Shown here: positions 7,880 through 16,588 of the stretch, in pieces
Layout of the letters: each line of letters starts with the position of its first letter
Numbering within the stretch: position 1 is the stretch's first letter
Assembly: GCA_037925075.1 (NCBI GenBank)
Contig: JAXSNR010000002.1
Span: 224,001-288,000 of the forward strand
Origin: Aquificaceae bacterium
GTDB lineage: Bacteria > Aquificota > Aquificia > Aquificales > Aquificaceae
Length of the DNA stretch: 64,000 bases
Direction: 5' to 3'
Program-made: the position numbers and the translations under genes
The notes under the pieces: model-generated
What the model saw: only the letters and a program-made list of their open reading frames with translations
Database searches by the model: none
What the model was told of the DNA's origin: nothing

Positions 7880-9807
7880 CCAAACTCCTCCACGAGCCTC
7901 TTTATTTCTCTGCTTGCCTCCTTTAGAAACTGATAGTATAATCTGTAAAACTCTTCCATAAATTCCTTCATCTCTTGACCGCTAAGGCCCAAGGCATGCC
8001 CCAAAGCTATCTGGCTCCAACCGTGGGTATTATGGTATATAAGATTGTAAAGTATTGGGTTCTTAATGGAAATAAGCTTTCTCTCAAGCTCCACAAAACT
8101 CCAAACTGTATTGTAATAACTTGAAAAATCAAATCTACTTGGATATTCTCTTATAAACTCTGATAGCAGTTCAAAATCTGTTTGAAGTTTTTTAAGGACT
8201 TCTACGGGTTTTATAAGTCTTGTGTATCTTGTGTCAAAGTTCTCTTCTATGTTTTTTATGGCTGTTGCCTTATCGGTTGACTTTTCAAGTCTAAAAAACT
8301 CTATGGGTAAAGGTACAGCACCTTCTATCTTTGCACCGTCAGAGGTGTTATAAACCTTTATTCCCTTCTTCTTTATGGTTTGCTCTATGCCGTATTTGGT
8401 GTTCAAAAACCATCTATGGGTTTTTACCTTTCCGCCAAAGTTTCCTTCTACCTCTATATCAAATTCTATGTTAGACTTGGAAAGAAAACTCTTTGGGTTG
8501 TAGTAGTTTGTGAGCTTTGAGTGGTGGCTTTCCGTATCCTTTGAGCCAAGGTCTACACCAAAGAGGTATACCTCTTCAAAGCCAAACTCTCCAGCAAGGG
8601 CGACTCCTGCTGCGGTAACGGTGGGTCCAGTATGCCATATTATTGGTGGTCCAGTAGGCTCCAAAAACAGGGCTCCAGTGTCGTTGAGCTTTAAAAACAT
8701 GTATCCCTTTTTAAAGAGTTTAAAGCAATCTGTCCAAAGGGGGTTGTTGGCTATGAGCCTTGTCTGTTTGAGAAAGTTTCTGTCTACTTCCAAAAGGGTA
8801 TCGTAGGTGTACTTGGTCCTTTCTATCTCTACGTGAAAGTCTGGGACTATGCCAGCCCTTTGCAAGGCGGATATGGCTGTTCCGCAAGAAAATATAACCG
8901 CTTTATCCTGATACTCCCTTATCTTATCAATGGCGTAGTCTAAGGATGGTCCTGCACCAATTACGAAGGCGACAGAACCGGGGGGTACCTTTTCCTGTGG
9001 ATAGTATAGAGGTATCTTTTTCTTAATCTTTTCTAAGGTCCATCTCAAAGACCAAAGCTCGTCGTCAAAATACCCATGAAAGAGCTCTTGGAAGGCGGGG
9101 ACGGAAGAAAACCACTCTAACACTCTCATAGGTGGGTTGTACTTGAGATGTTCGAAGTAATAGCTCCAATAGAAAACACCGGGATTTAGCTGCTGAATGG
9201 TGCGTAAAAGCTCTTCAAAAGCTAATTCAAGACGCTGTTCCATTATAAGCTTGTCATGCACTATAAGGTTTAGGCTCCTGCCGGGCTTTGAAAAGTATTC
9301 TATAATCTTTTCCCAATCAAGGTAGTAAAGGCTTAGCCTGAAAAAGGCGGGTACATCAAGAATGATAAGGTTTTGAATTTCATACCTTTGAAGTAAAAGT
9401 TCAAGATGTATGCCAAAGCCAAGACCTACTAGGAGAAGTGCAGGTATATGTTTTGTTTCCCTTAGTGACTCTGGCTCTACTTTGTTTCCTATGAGCTTTT
9501 GTATCTTGGCGTCATAGCGATGTGCTATCACGGACGTATCCTCTGTAAACTCTCTAAGGCTTATATCTGGAAACATCCTCGTAGGTTTTTCTTCAAAGGC
9601 TTGCACCTGAGAAAGACTAACTCCATAAGCATCTCCCTTGTAGATGCCGCCTCCTCCAAAGTCCGCATCCAGCTTACCATCCTTGACTATCACGTTAAAG
9701 TTGCTGGATATGTTTGATAAGAGCTGAAGTATACCGGGGAGTCGCCTACTAAGAAATTCGTGGTTTTTGTGTATTCTCTCTTTTAGAAACTCTTCTGTTA
9801 TCTCCAT
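7876..9807 (-). CDS. maf: Motility-associated factor (Maf, DUF115) flagellin glycosyltransferase
   Basis: VIGAGPSLD, PDFHVEIER, GPTVT, LFGVDLG, GAKIEGA; divergent from flagellin. Confidence 0.88.
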   Translation of the reverse strand: MEITEEFLKERIHKNHEFLSRRLPGILQLLSNISSNFNVIVKDGKLDADFGGGGIYKGDAYGVSLSQVQAFEEKPTRMFPDISLREFTEDTSVIAHRYDAKIQKLIGNKVEPESLRETKHIPALLLVGLGFGIHLELLLQRYEIQNLIILDVPAFFRLSLYYLDWEKIIEYFSKPGRSLNLIVHDKLIMEQRLELAFEELLRTIQQLNPGVFYWSYYFEHLKYNPPMRVLEWFSSVPAFQELFHGYFDDELWSLRWTLEKIKKKIPLYYPQEKVPPGSVAFVIGAGPSLDYAIDKIREYQDKAVIFSCGTAISALQRAGIVPDFHVEIERTKYTYDTLLEVDRNFLKQTRLIANNPLWTDCFKLFKKGYMFLKLNDTGALFLEPTGPPIIWHTGPTVTAAGVALAGEFGFEEVYLFGVDLGSKDTESHHSKLTNYYNPKSFLSKSNIEFDIEVEGNFGGKVKTHRWFLNTKYGIEQTIKKKGIKVYNTSDGAKIEGAVPLPIEFFRLEKSTDKATAIKNIEENFDTRYTRLIKPVEVLKKLQTDFELLSEFIREYPSRFDFSSYYNTVWSFVELERKLISIKNPILYNLIYHNTHGWSQIALGHALGLSGQEMKEFMEEFYRLYYQFLKEASREIKRLVEEFG

Positions 9808-9871
9808 GTTCTATACAATTTTATCACTATCCTTCTTCCTAAGCTTGATCAAAAAGCAGGAGGTGGAGGGC

Positions 9872-9898
9872 TTAAAAATCTTTCTTTGTATCCGATAA
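9872..9898 (+). promoter_or_regulatory. Sigma-28 (FliA) promoter of flagellin
   Basis: TTAAA...TCCGATAA with 14-15 nt spacing; consensus is TAAA-N15-GCCGATAA. Confidence 0.75.
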
Positions 9899-9931
9899 CA
9901 TACATAACAAGCTTGAAAGGAGGTAAAAGCT

Positions 9932-11524
9932 ATGGCACTAAGGATTAACTTTAACTATGAGGCCGCGGCAACACACACAAGCATCCTCTCCAACGAGAGG
10001 GAGATGAACAAGTCTCTGCTTAGGCTTTCCACAGGCTTGAGGATACTCAACGCAGCGGATGACTCCGCAGGTCTCTTTATCGCAGACCAACTTATGATAG
10101 TAGGTTCAGGTCTGGAAGAGGGCAACAGGAACATCCAGACAGGCCTCTCAGCTCTTAGGATTGCAGAAAGCTCCGCAGGTCAGATATTCAACAGGCTAAA
10201 CGAAATCTACAAAAGGACAGTACGTGCAGCAAACGACATAAACGACCCAAACGCAAGGTCAAGCCTTCAGAGGGAAATTGACAACTTCATCGATGCCATC
10301 AAAAAGATAGGTACGGACACCGAGTACAACGGGATAAAGCTTCTTGACGGAACCTTTGCTGGCAGGGCAATTCACTACGGAGCAAGAAAAGACCAAGTGC
10401 TAGAGGTGGACATAAAGAGTGTTCTTCCTAATGACATAGGCGCCTACATGGTAAATGGGCAAGGTGCAAGGTATACTCCTGCAGCTAACGCGGTAACAGC
10501 TGGAACCTTTGCTGACCTGCTTAGCATCTCATCCAATTGGCTAGTGGATTCAGGAGACTATGTGGATATAGCAGGTATTAGGGTACTTGCTGATGATGGA
10601 ACGCAGAGGTTTGTAGACGCAAAAACCCTCGCACAAAACATAAACAGCAACAAGGACCTTCAGGCTATTGGTATAGAAGCGGTTGCAAAGAACACAAACA
10701 AAGCGAATGCTACTTATGCTGGATTTGCTAATTTTTGGTCACCCGTAGGAACAGATGATACAGTAAATTACGTTACGCTTAATTTCTTTATAGGCAATGC
10801 TAATGCAGGTGGCACTCAAAATTTCCAAGTTACCATAAACAGTAGCATAACCAGTGTGCAGCAGCTGGCGGATGCTATAAACACCGCAGCCTCTGGAGCA
10901 GGTTCTCCCATAAGCGCCAAGGTTGTGGACAGCAAACTCTTTCTTGAAACCAATAATGGAGAAACCATAGCGGTACAGGTGGCTGTGGATGGGTCTTTCG
11001 CTTCAAACGGTGTGACCATAAATCTTGGGCAAATATTAGAGGGGGCTGGCACTGTTACCTTTACAGCAGGCACAAATTATGCCTACTACATAGACGTTGG
11101 TACAGTTGATATTGCAGGCGTGGACACATACAAGCTTGAATACAGTGGAGTTTCTGCTTCTAACGAGGGCTTTAACTTTAACGTAACTAGCGGTGCTAGC
11201 GCTACTGCTAAAAATCTCTATGCGGTAAGCGTGCTTACAAACGAAAAGGCGGAAGAGTCCATGCTCATAGTCAAGAAAGCCCTCCAACGTGTGGACACTG
11301 TCAGGGCTCAGATAGGTGCGGTTATGAACAACTTGCAGTCCATATACGACTCTCAAAAAGTGGCATGGGACAACACCAAGGAAGCTGAGAACGTTATAAG
11401 AAACACCGACTATGCGGAGGAGATGACCAACTTCACCAAGCTCCAGATAAAGATGCAGTCCTCTATGGCAATGCTGGCACAGGCTAACCAACTGCCCCAG
11501 CTTGTGCTCCAGCTCCTCAGATAA
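9932..11524 (+). CDS. fliC: Flagellin
   Basis: MALRIN...RLSTGLRI..AADDSAG N-terminus; AQANQLPQLVLQLLR C-terminus; Ser/Thr/Ala/Gly-rich variable middle. Confidence 0.97.
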   Translation: MALRINFNYEAAATHTSILSNEREMNKSLLRLSTGLRILNAADDSAGLFIADQLMIVGSGLEEGNRNIQTGLSALRIAESSAGQIFNRLNEIYKRTVRAANDINDPNARSSLQREIDNFIDAIKKIGTDTEYNGIKLLDGTFAGRAIHYGARKDQVLEVDIKSVLPNDIGAYMVNGQGARYTPAANAVTAGTFADLLSISSNWLVDSGDYVDIAGIRVLADDGTQRFVDAKTLAQNINSNKDLQAIGIEAVAKNTNKANATYAGFANFWSPVGTDDTVNYVTLNFFIGNANAGGTQNFQVTINSSITSVQQLADAINTAASGAGSPISAKVVDSKLFLETNNGETIAVQVAVDGSFASNGVTINLGQILEGAGTVTFTAGTNYAYYIDVGTVDIAGVDTYKLEYSGVSASNEGFNFNVTSGASATAKNLYAVSVLTNEKAEESMLIVKKALQRVDTVRAQIGAVMNNLQSIYDSQKVAWDNTKEAENVIRNTDYAEEMTNFTKLQIKMQSSMAMLAQANQLPQLVLQLLR

Positions 11525-11534
11525 TAGATTAAGA

Positions 11535-11559
11535 GGGGAGGTTCCACCTCCCCTTTTTT
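11535..11559 (+). terminator. Intrinsic terminator after flagellin
   Basis: GGGGAGGT-TCC-ACCTCCCC followed by T6. Confidence 0.85.
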
Positions 11560-11573
11560 AAACGAGGCGAAAC

Positions 11574-11951
11574 ATGAAGATAGAAGGCATGAGTCCAAAG
11601 CTAAATCTTGAGCAGCATGTGGTTGTTCAAGGGCAGGCTCAGCGTGGGGCTCTTGGGGAGATGAAAAGGCAGGTGGATAGAGAGGTTCAACAGGCTCAGC
11701 AAGAAGCTCAGGAAAACAGAGTTGGCAAATCAGAGGAAATTCAAAGGCTACTCGAAGAAATAAAGAGGAAGTTTGACATGCTTAGCAAGTATTTGAGGAT
11801 AGACATAGACACAGAGCTTGAAATCCCTGTAGCAAAGATAATAGAAAGGGATACCAACAGGATCATTCGTCAGATACCCCCCGATTACCTTCTTGACCTC
11901 ATGAAAAAGGTTGACCAGATGCTTGGTATACTATTGCGGAAGGAGGTATAA
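11574..11951 (+). CDS. flaG: FlaG family protein
   Basis: C-terminal IIRQIPP motif; lies between fliC and fliD. Confidence 0.85.
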   Translation: MKIEGMSPKLNLEQHVVVQGQAQRGALGEMKRQVDREVQQAQQEAQENRVGKSEEIQRLLEEIKRKFDMLSKYLRIDIDTELEIPVAKIIERDTNRIIRQIPPDYLLDLMKKVDQMLGILLRKEV

Positions 11952-11954
11952 GCT

Positions 11955-13277
11955 TTGGCTGGGGAGATTTACTTTAACAACCTTACTGGTAGGTTCGACT
12001 GGGGTTCCATAGTAGACCAGATAATAAGGCTAAAATCAATTCCCATACAAAGGCTTTCTCAAGAAGCCCAGCAGTTGCAGGCAAGACAGTCTGCCCTTCA
12101 AGGACTCACTGATGCTGTGAATAACCTCTCAAGGCTATTTGAAAACCTTGAAATAGAAGACCTCTTTAAAAGTAAAAGAGCTAACTCCTCAGACACTTCT
12201 GTGCTTACAGCCACCGCTACCGAGAACACACCCAATATAACCCTTAACCTTTCCGTTTCAAGGCTTGCCCAAAAGGAAGTTCTTGTCACCTCTCAAGGTT
12301 TATCTGATGCGAACGCTTCCATAGGCTGGAGTGCCTTCCAGATAGCTTACAACACAGGAAGCTCCACACTTTACTTTGATGTGCAAGCAGGCTCAGGCAA
12401 ACTGTCGGACCTTATAAATGCCATAAACAGTTCCGCAGGTGAAAAAATAGTTGCCAGCATATTCTACGATGGAAATCAGTACAAGCTTATGCTTTCTGAA
12501 AAAGATGAAGCTTCTTCCTCCGCAGAAACAAACGCCGGAAATACGGTCATATCCTTTAGTGTTGCACCACTTATAAACGGCAATGCATGGAGTCTGGACA
12601 CATTCAACCCACTTCAAACAGCTCAAAATGCTCAGATAAGTATAGGATCCAACCTTCTAACAAGCCCAAGCAACAGATTTGAAAACATTGTCAGTGGTCT
12701 AAGTCTGGAAGTAAAAAAGCAAGGCGATGCTACCGTTACTGTAAGTGATGACTACTCGCCTATTTCAAGATTTTTAGAAGACTTCGTCAAAAGCTACAAT
12801 GGGGTTATATCTCAGGTTAACAAGCTTACAGGCAAGGATGCTATCTTTCAGGGGGACTACTCTATTACAGGTATAAAAACTGAGCTTTCAAGGATGCTGG
12901 ACAATCTCTTTGCTTATGACCTTGTAAACATAAAGGAGGATGGTACTCTTGAGGCAAACGGCTATGCGGTTAGCTCCCTTGCCAGTTCAAACCCACAGAG
13001 GTTAAAGGATATTCTTACAGAACTCAAAAACACCGTTGGAGGCTATGCTCTCAGAACGTCTACATCACTTCAGACCTTTAGCAATGATTTGCAGAGCAGA
13101 CTTGACGCTATAAACACAAGGGCTCAGGAGATGGCAAGTCAGCTTTCAAAAGAAGAAGAAAGGTTAAGACTTGAATATGCAAAGGTGGAAACTTTTATGA
13201 ACCATGCTCAGGAGATCATGGCAAGAATGCAGACTTTTATAGTAAGTCTTTCAGAAATGCAAGGAGGAAAGAAATGA
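11955..13277 (+). CDS. fliD: Flagellar filament cap protein (TTG start)
   Basis: D..SIVDQII N-terminus, V.RLAQ, AQNAQI, SN.FENIVSGL; SD AGGAGGT. Confidence 0.9.
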   Translation: MAGEIYFNNLTGRFDWGSIVDQIIRLKSIPIQRLSQEAQQLQARQSALQGLTDAVNNLSRLFENLEIEDLFKSKRANSSDTSVLTATATENTPNITLNLSVSRLAQKEVLVTSQGLSDANASIGWSAFQIAYNTGSSTLYFDVQAGSGKLSDLINAINSSAGEKIVASIFYDGNQYKLMLSEKDEASSSAETNAGNTVISFSVAPLINGNAWSLDTFNPLQTAQNAQISIGSNLLTSPSNRFENIVSGLSLEVKKQGDATVTVSDDYSPISRFLEDFVKSYNGVISQVNKLTGKDAIFQGDYSITGIKTELSRMLDNLFAYDLVNIKEDGTLEANGYAVSSLASSNPQRLKDILTELKNTVGGYALRTSTSLQTFSNDLQSRLDAINTRAQEMASQLSKEEERLRLEYAKVETFMNHAQEIMARMQTFIVSLSEMQGGKK

Positions 13278-13684
13278 TCAACACCTATCTTGAAAACATG
13301 GTTTTAACTGCAAACCCGGTGAGGCAAGTTATACTGCTTTATGAAAAGGCTATTTCATGCCTTGATGAGGCGGTGGAGCATATGGAAAGGGGCTCTACCG
13401 ACGCTGAGGATATGAAAATCAAGTATGAAGCCTTGGGCAGGGCTACGGAGATACTTACAGTCCTTGATGCTACCCTCAACATGGAGCAAGGTGGAGATAT
13501 AGCAAAGAGCCTTCACGAAATATATCAAGCTCTCATAAATGACCTTATAAGGATTACCGTGGAAGGGGATGATCCGGAAACCCTTCGTAAAATGGTAAAA
13601 ATACTTACAGAGCTTAAGGAAAGCTGGGAAGAGGTGGAAAAGAAAATCTATGGAAAACCTGAAGCAACTACTCCTGCAGTGTGA
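13274..13684 (+). CDS. fliS: Flagellin chaperone
   Basis: TANP..VILLYE, LNMEQGGDIAKSL..IY, ELKESW. Confidence 0.92.
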   Translation: MINTYLENMVLTANPVRQVILLYEKAISCLDEAVEHMERGSTDAEDMKIKYEALGRATEILTVLDATLNMEQGGDIAKSLHEIYQALINDLIRITVEGDDPETLRKMVKILTELKESWEEVEKKIYGKPEATTPAV

Positions 13685-13892
13685 GATATACCTTCAGCAA
13701 GAAGACTGGGACAGGCTTATAGAAACCCTTAACAGTATAGAGCAAGAGCACTTTAATGGGCTTGACCTTCAAACAGCTCAGGAATGCCTTAGGATTCTTG
13801 AACATCTTATAGCGGAGGGAGAAAAGGTTAGAAATAAACTTGCGGAGAATCTTGTAAACTTGAAAAGGTTTAAGGAAGGCTACGGCATCTAA
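13650..13892 (+). CDS. Small helical protein, FliT-like by position
   Basis: Follows fliD-fliS; EDWDRL motif; 80 aa. Confidence 0.55.
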   Translation: MENLKQLLLQCEIYLQQEDWDRLIETLNSIEQEHFNGLDLQTAQECLRILEHLIAEGEKVRNKLAENLVNLKRFKEGYGI

Positions 13893-14788
13893 CTTTCCCT
13901 GTGTATTAGTTTCATTATGATATTCTCTATATTATGGTGAGTATCGAAGTTTCTTATAAAGTTTAAAACTCTTTCCGCTTCTGCTTTTGCTCTTTCTTTT
14001 GTTTTTTCAACACCACCATGCTCCAAAACAAGATTTCTTAACTTCTCGTGCTCTCCCTTATAAAACAGAAGCCTTTCTTCCTCGCTTAGTTTGTCAAGTA
14101 CAGACAGAAGTGGGTAGGTACATTTTCCTTCCTTAAGGTCTGACCCTACAGGTTTTCCAAGTTTTTCCTCGCTACCCCCATAGTCCAAGGCATCATCAAT
14201 GAGCTGGAAAGCTCTGCCAACAAGCAAACCCATATTATAAAAATCCCAGTAATCCTTTCTGTGGGCAGTAAGAGCACCAACCGCCATGCATGCTCCAAAG
14301 AGTGCTCCCGTTTTGTAATCTATGATTTTTATGTATGTTTCTTCATCAATAAGCTTTCCCAGATTTTTTAGTTCAAGAAGCTGACCTTGAGACATCTTCA
14401 TAACCGCATCACTAAGAATTTGTATGCTTTCAAGGCTTCCATACTGTGCGTATAAAGAAAGAGCTTTTGCATACATGTAATCTCCTGTCAGAACGCATGC
14501 CTGATTTCCATAGACAAGATTGGCACTTTTTTTACCCCTTCTTGTCTGGGCTCCATCCACCACATCATCATGTAGAAGAGAAGCTATATGAACGTACTCT
14601 ATCCCCACCGCCAAAGGCAAAACCCTTTCCACATCTCCACCAAGTGCCTCACACACCATTATAGTAAGAGCCGGTCTTATAACCTTCCCACCCGAGGATA
14701 TGATGTAGCTACCTATTTCGTATACTTCCCTTACCTCTGGGTCAAGGTACGAAAGAATTCTCTCTCTGATATCCTGAGTATCTACCAT
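13889..14788 (-). CDS. ispB: Polyprenyl diphosphate synthase
   Basis: GGK..RP, LLHDDVVD, FQLIDDALD. Confidence 0.88.
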   Translation of the reverse strand: MVDTQDIRERILSYLDPEVREVYEIGSYIISSGGKVIRPALTIMVCEALGGDVERVLPLAVGIEYVHIASLLHDDVVDGAQTRRGKKSANLVYGNQACVLTGDYMYAKALSLYAQYGSLESIQILSDAVMKMSQGQLLELKNLGKLIDEETYIKIIDYKTGALFGACMAVGALTAHRKDYWDFYNMGLLVGRAFQLIDDALDYGGSEEKLGKPVGSDLKEGKCTYPLLSVLDKLSEEERLLFYKGEHEKLRNLVLEHGGVEKTKERAKAEAERVLNFIRNFDTHHNIENIIMKLIHRES

Positions 14789-14813
14789 ATACTCAATATA
14801 GTATAAAGCAGTC

Positions 14814-15785
14814 TTACCACTGGGCGGTAATCTTTGCCTTTTTGTTTAGGTACTTGTCCACTGCAAGGGCAGCCTTTACACCATCCGCAGCCGCTATTAC
14901 CGCCTGCTTTATGTTGTTGCAAAGCACATCACCAGCTGCAAAAACCCCCGGCACAGAGGTCATCATCTCCTCATTTACCACTATACAATTGTCTCCTGTC
15001 ATCTCCACTTGGTTCATCAAAAAGTCCACCGAAGGCTTGTTGCCACCAAGGAAGATAAAGACACCGTCCACCTGCAAAAGTCTTTTCTCCTTTGTGTTTA
15101 TGTTCTGAACCCACAAACCCTCCACAAGAGATGTACCCACAATTTCCAGAACCCTATTATGCAGTAGTATTTCCACCTTTGGGTTAAATTGCACCTCGGA
15201 AACCATCTCATGAGGAGCCTTTATTCTGCTTGAGGGTACCACCAAGTATATGTTGCTTGCAAAACGGGCTATGAACTCTGTCTCCTCGAGGGCGTAGTCA
15301 TCTTCTCCCACAACCGCTACTGGCCTGTCTTTAAAAAAGGCTGCATCACATACTCCACAATAAGATACTCCCTTACCAAGGAATTCCTCCTCACCCTTGT
15401 ACTTATTGGTTCTTTCCATAGCACCTGACGCTATTATTATCGCCCTACCCTTAAATTCTCTTCCATCTATTGTGTAGACCTTCTTTATTTCACCCAGAAG
15501 GTCTGTGGCTATCACCTTGCCTCTTACGAACTCTGCACCAAAGGCCTTGGCATGCTCGCGGATTAGTTTCAAGAGCTCATAACCAGATATGGGGCCTCTT
15601 ATACCGGGATAATTTTCTATCTGCTGTGTCACTCCAAGGGCTCCGTCCGCCTCAGCCCTGTAGAGTACCAATGTAGAAAGCCCTGCCCTTGCTGTGTATA
15701 TGGCCGCAGAAGCACCTGCGGGACCACCGCCAATTATAACCACATCGTAAACCTTATCTGTGCTAAAGTCCAAGGTCAACTCCAT
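14814..15785 (-). CDS. trxB: Thioredoxin reductase
   Basis: GGGPAG, GVSYCGVCD, FAAGDV. Confidence 0.9.
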   Translation of the reverse strand: MELTLDFSTDKVYDVVIIGGGPAGASAAIYTARAGLSTLVLYRAEADGALGVTQQIENYPGIRGPISGYELLKLIREHAKAFGAEFVRGKVIATDLLGEIKKVYTIDGREFKGRAIIIASGAMERTNKYKGEEEFLGKGVSYCGVCDAAFFKDRPVAVVGEDDYALEETEFIARFASNIYLVVPSSRIKAPHEMVSEVQFNPKVEILLHNRVLEIVGTSLVEGLWVQNINTKEKRLLQVDGVFIFLGGNKPSVDFLMNQVEMTGDNCIVVNEEMMTSVPGVFAAGDVLCNNIKQAVIAAADGVKAALAVDKYLNKKAKITAQW

Positions 15786-15814
15786 TTTTCTCCTCCAAAG
15801 GATAATAAATATAA

Positions 15815-15830
15815 TCCCCCGCAGGGGGGA
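15815..15830 (-). terminator. GC hairpin between ahpC and trxB (weak terminator or stability element)
   Basis: On +: TCCCCC-GCAG-GGGGGA; on - it is followed by TTATATTT. Confidence 0.5.
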
Positions 15831-15835
15831 ATGTG

Positions 15836-16429
15836 CTATGCTTGAAGAGCTTCATAAACCCTTCCCACCATCTCCTGAGAGGGCTTTAGGGTCTTTTCGC
15901 CTTCTTTCCACCTTGCGGGGCATGCCTCATCTGGGTGGCTCATAAGGTAAGCGTTAGCCTTCATCTTACGCACCAGCTCCTGTGCATTCCTTCCCACATT
16001 GTAAAAGTTCACCTCAGAGCCGACAAGAATGCCATCTGGGTTTATTATAAAGGTTCCCCTTAGGGCAAGGCCCGTGTTTTCGTCATAAACTCCAAAAAGC
16101 CTTGAGACCTTTCCCGTTGGGTCTGCACCCATGGGATATTTTATATTCTCAAGAAGCTTTTCGGACCTTTGCCATGCCAAATGGGTGTACTTGGTATCCG
16201 TGGAAACAGATATTACCTCCACGCCCATCCTTTGGAGTTCTTCGTAATACTCCGCAAGGTCTGCCAGCTCTGTGGGGCACACAAAGGTAAAGTCCGCGGG
16301 ATAAAAGAAGAGCACTACCCACCTTCTTTCCTTGAGAAGGTCCTCAAGGGAAACCTTCCCAAAGCCAAGGGTTTTGGGGTCGTAAACCTCAAGCTCAAAG
16401 TTTGGTACCTTCTGTCCAACCTTTAACAT
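15836..16429 (-). CDS. ahpC: 2-Cys peroxiredoxin
   Basis: FFYPADFTFVCPTEL and ACPARW; start moved to the ATG after SD GGAGGTG. Confidence 0.93.
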   Translation of the reverse strand: MLKVGQKVPNFELEVYDPKTLGFGKVSLEDLLKERRWVVLFFYPADFTFVCPTELADLAEYYEELQRMGVEVISVSTDTKYTHLAWQRSEKLLENIKYPMGADPTGKVSRLFGVYDENTGLALRGTFIINPDGILVGSEVNFYNVGRNAQELVRKMKANAYLMSHPDEACPARWKEGEKTLKPSQEMVGRVYEALQA

Positions 16430-16490
16430 CTTACACCTCCTTTCCAAGGATTTTGTTATTAAGTATTATATGCAATTGAGAAATATTTGC

Positions 16491-16510
16491 AATATGATTA
16501 AGATCATATT
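16491..16510. promoter_or_regulatory. Perfect 8-4-8 inverted repeat, Fnr/Crp-like operator
   Basis: AATATGAT-TAAG-ATCATATT between the divergent ahpC and GGDEF genes. Confidence 0.6.
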
Positions 16511-16588
16511 CATGGCATGGTTAAAGACTGGTGATTTTAATTTTTACTTCATATTCACAGCTATAATTATTTTTTTTAGAGAGAAAAC

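Noticed and set aside
9845..9852. TTGATCAA as an FNR box
   Set aside because: The half-sites lack the 4-nt spacer; a short palindrome like this is expected by chance.
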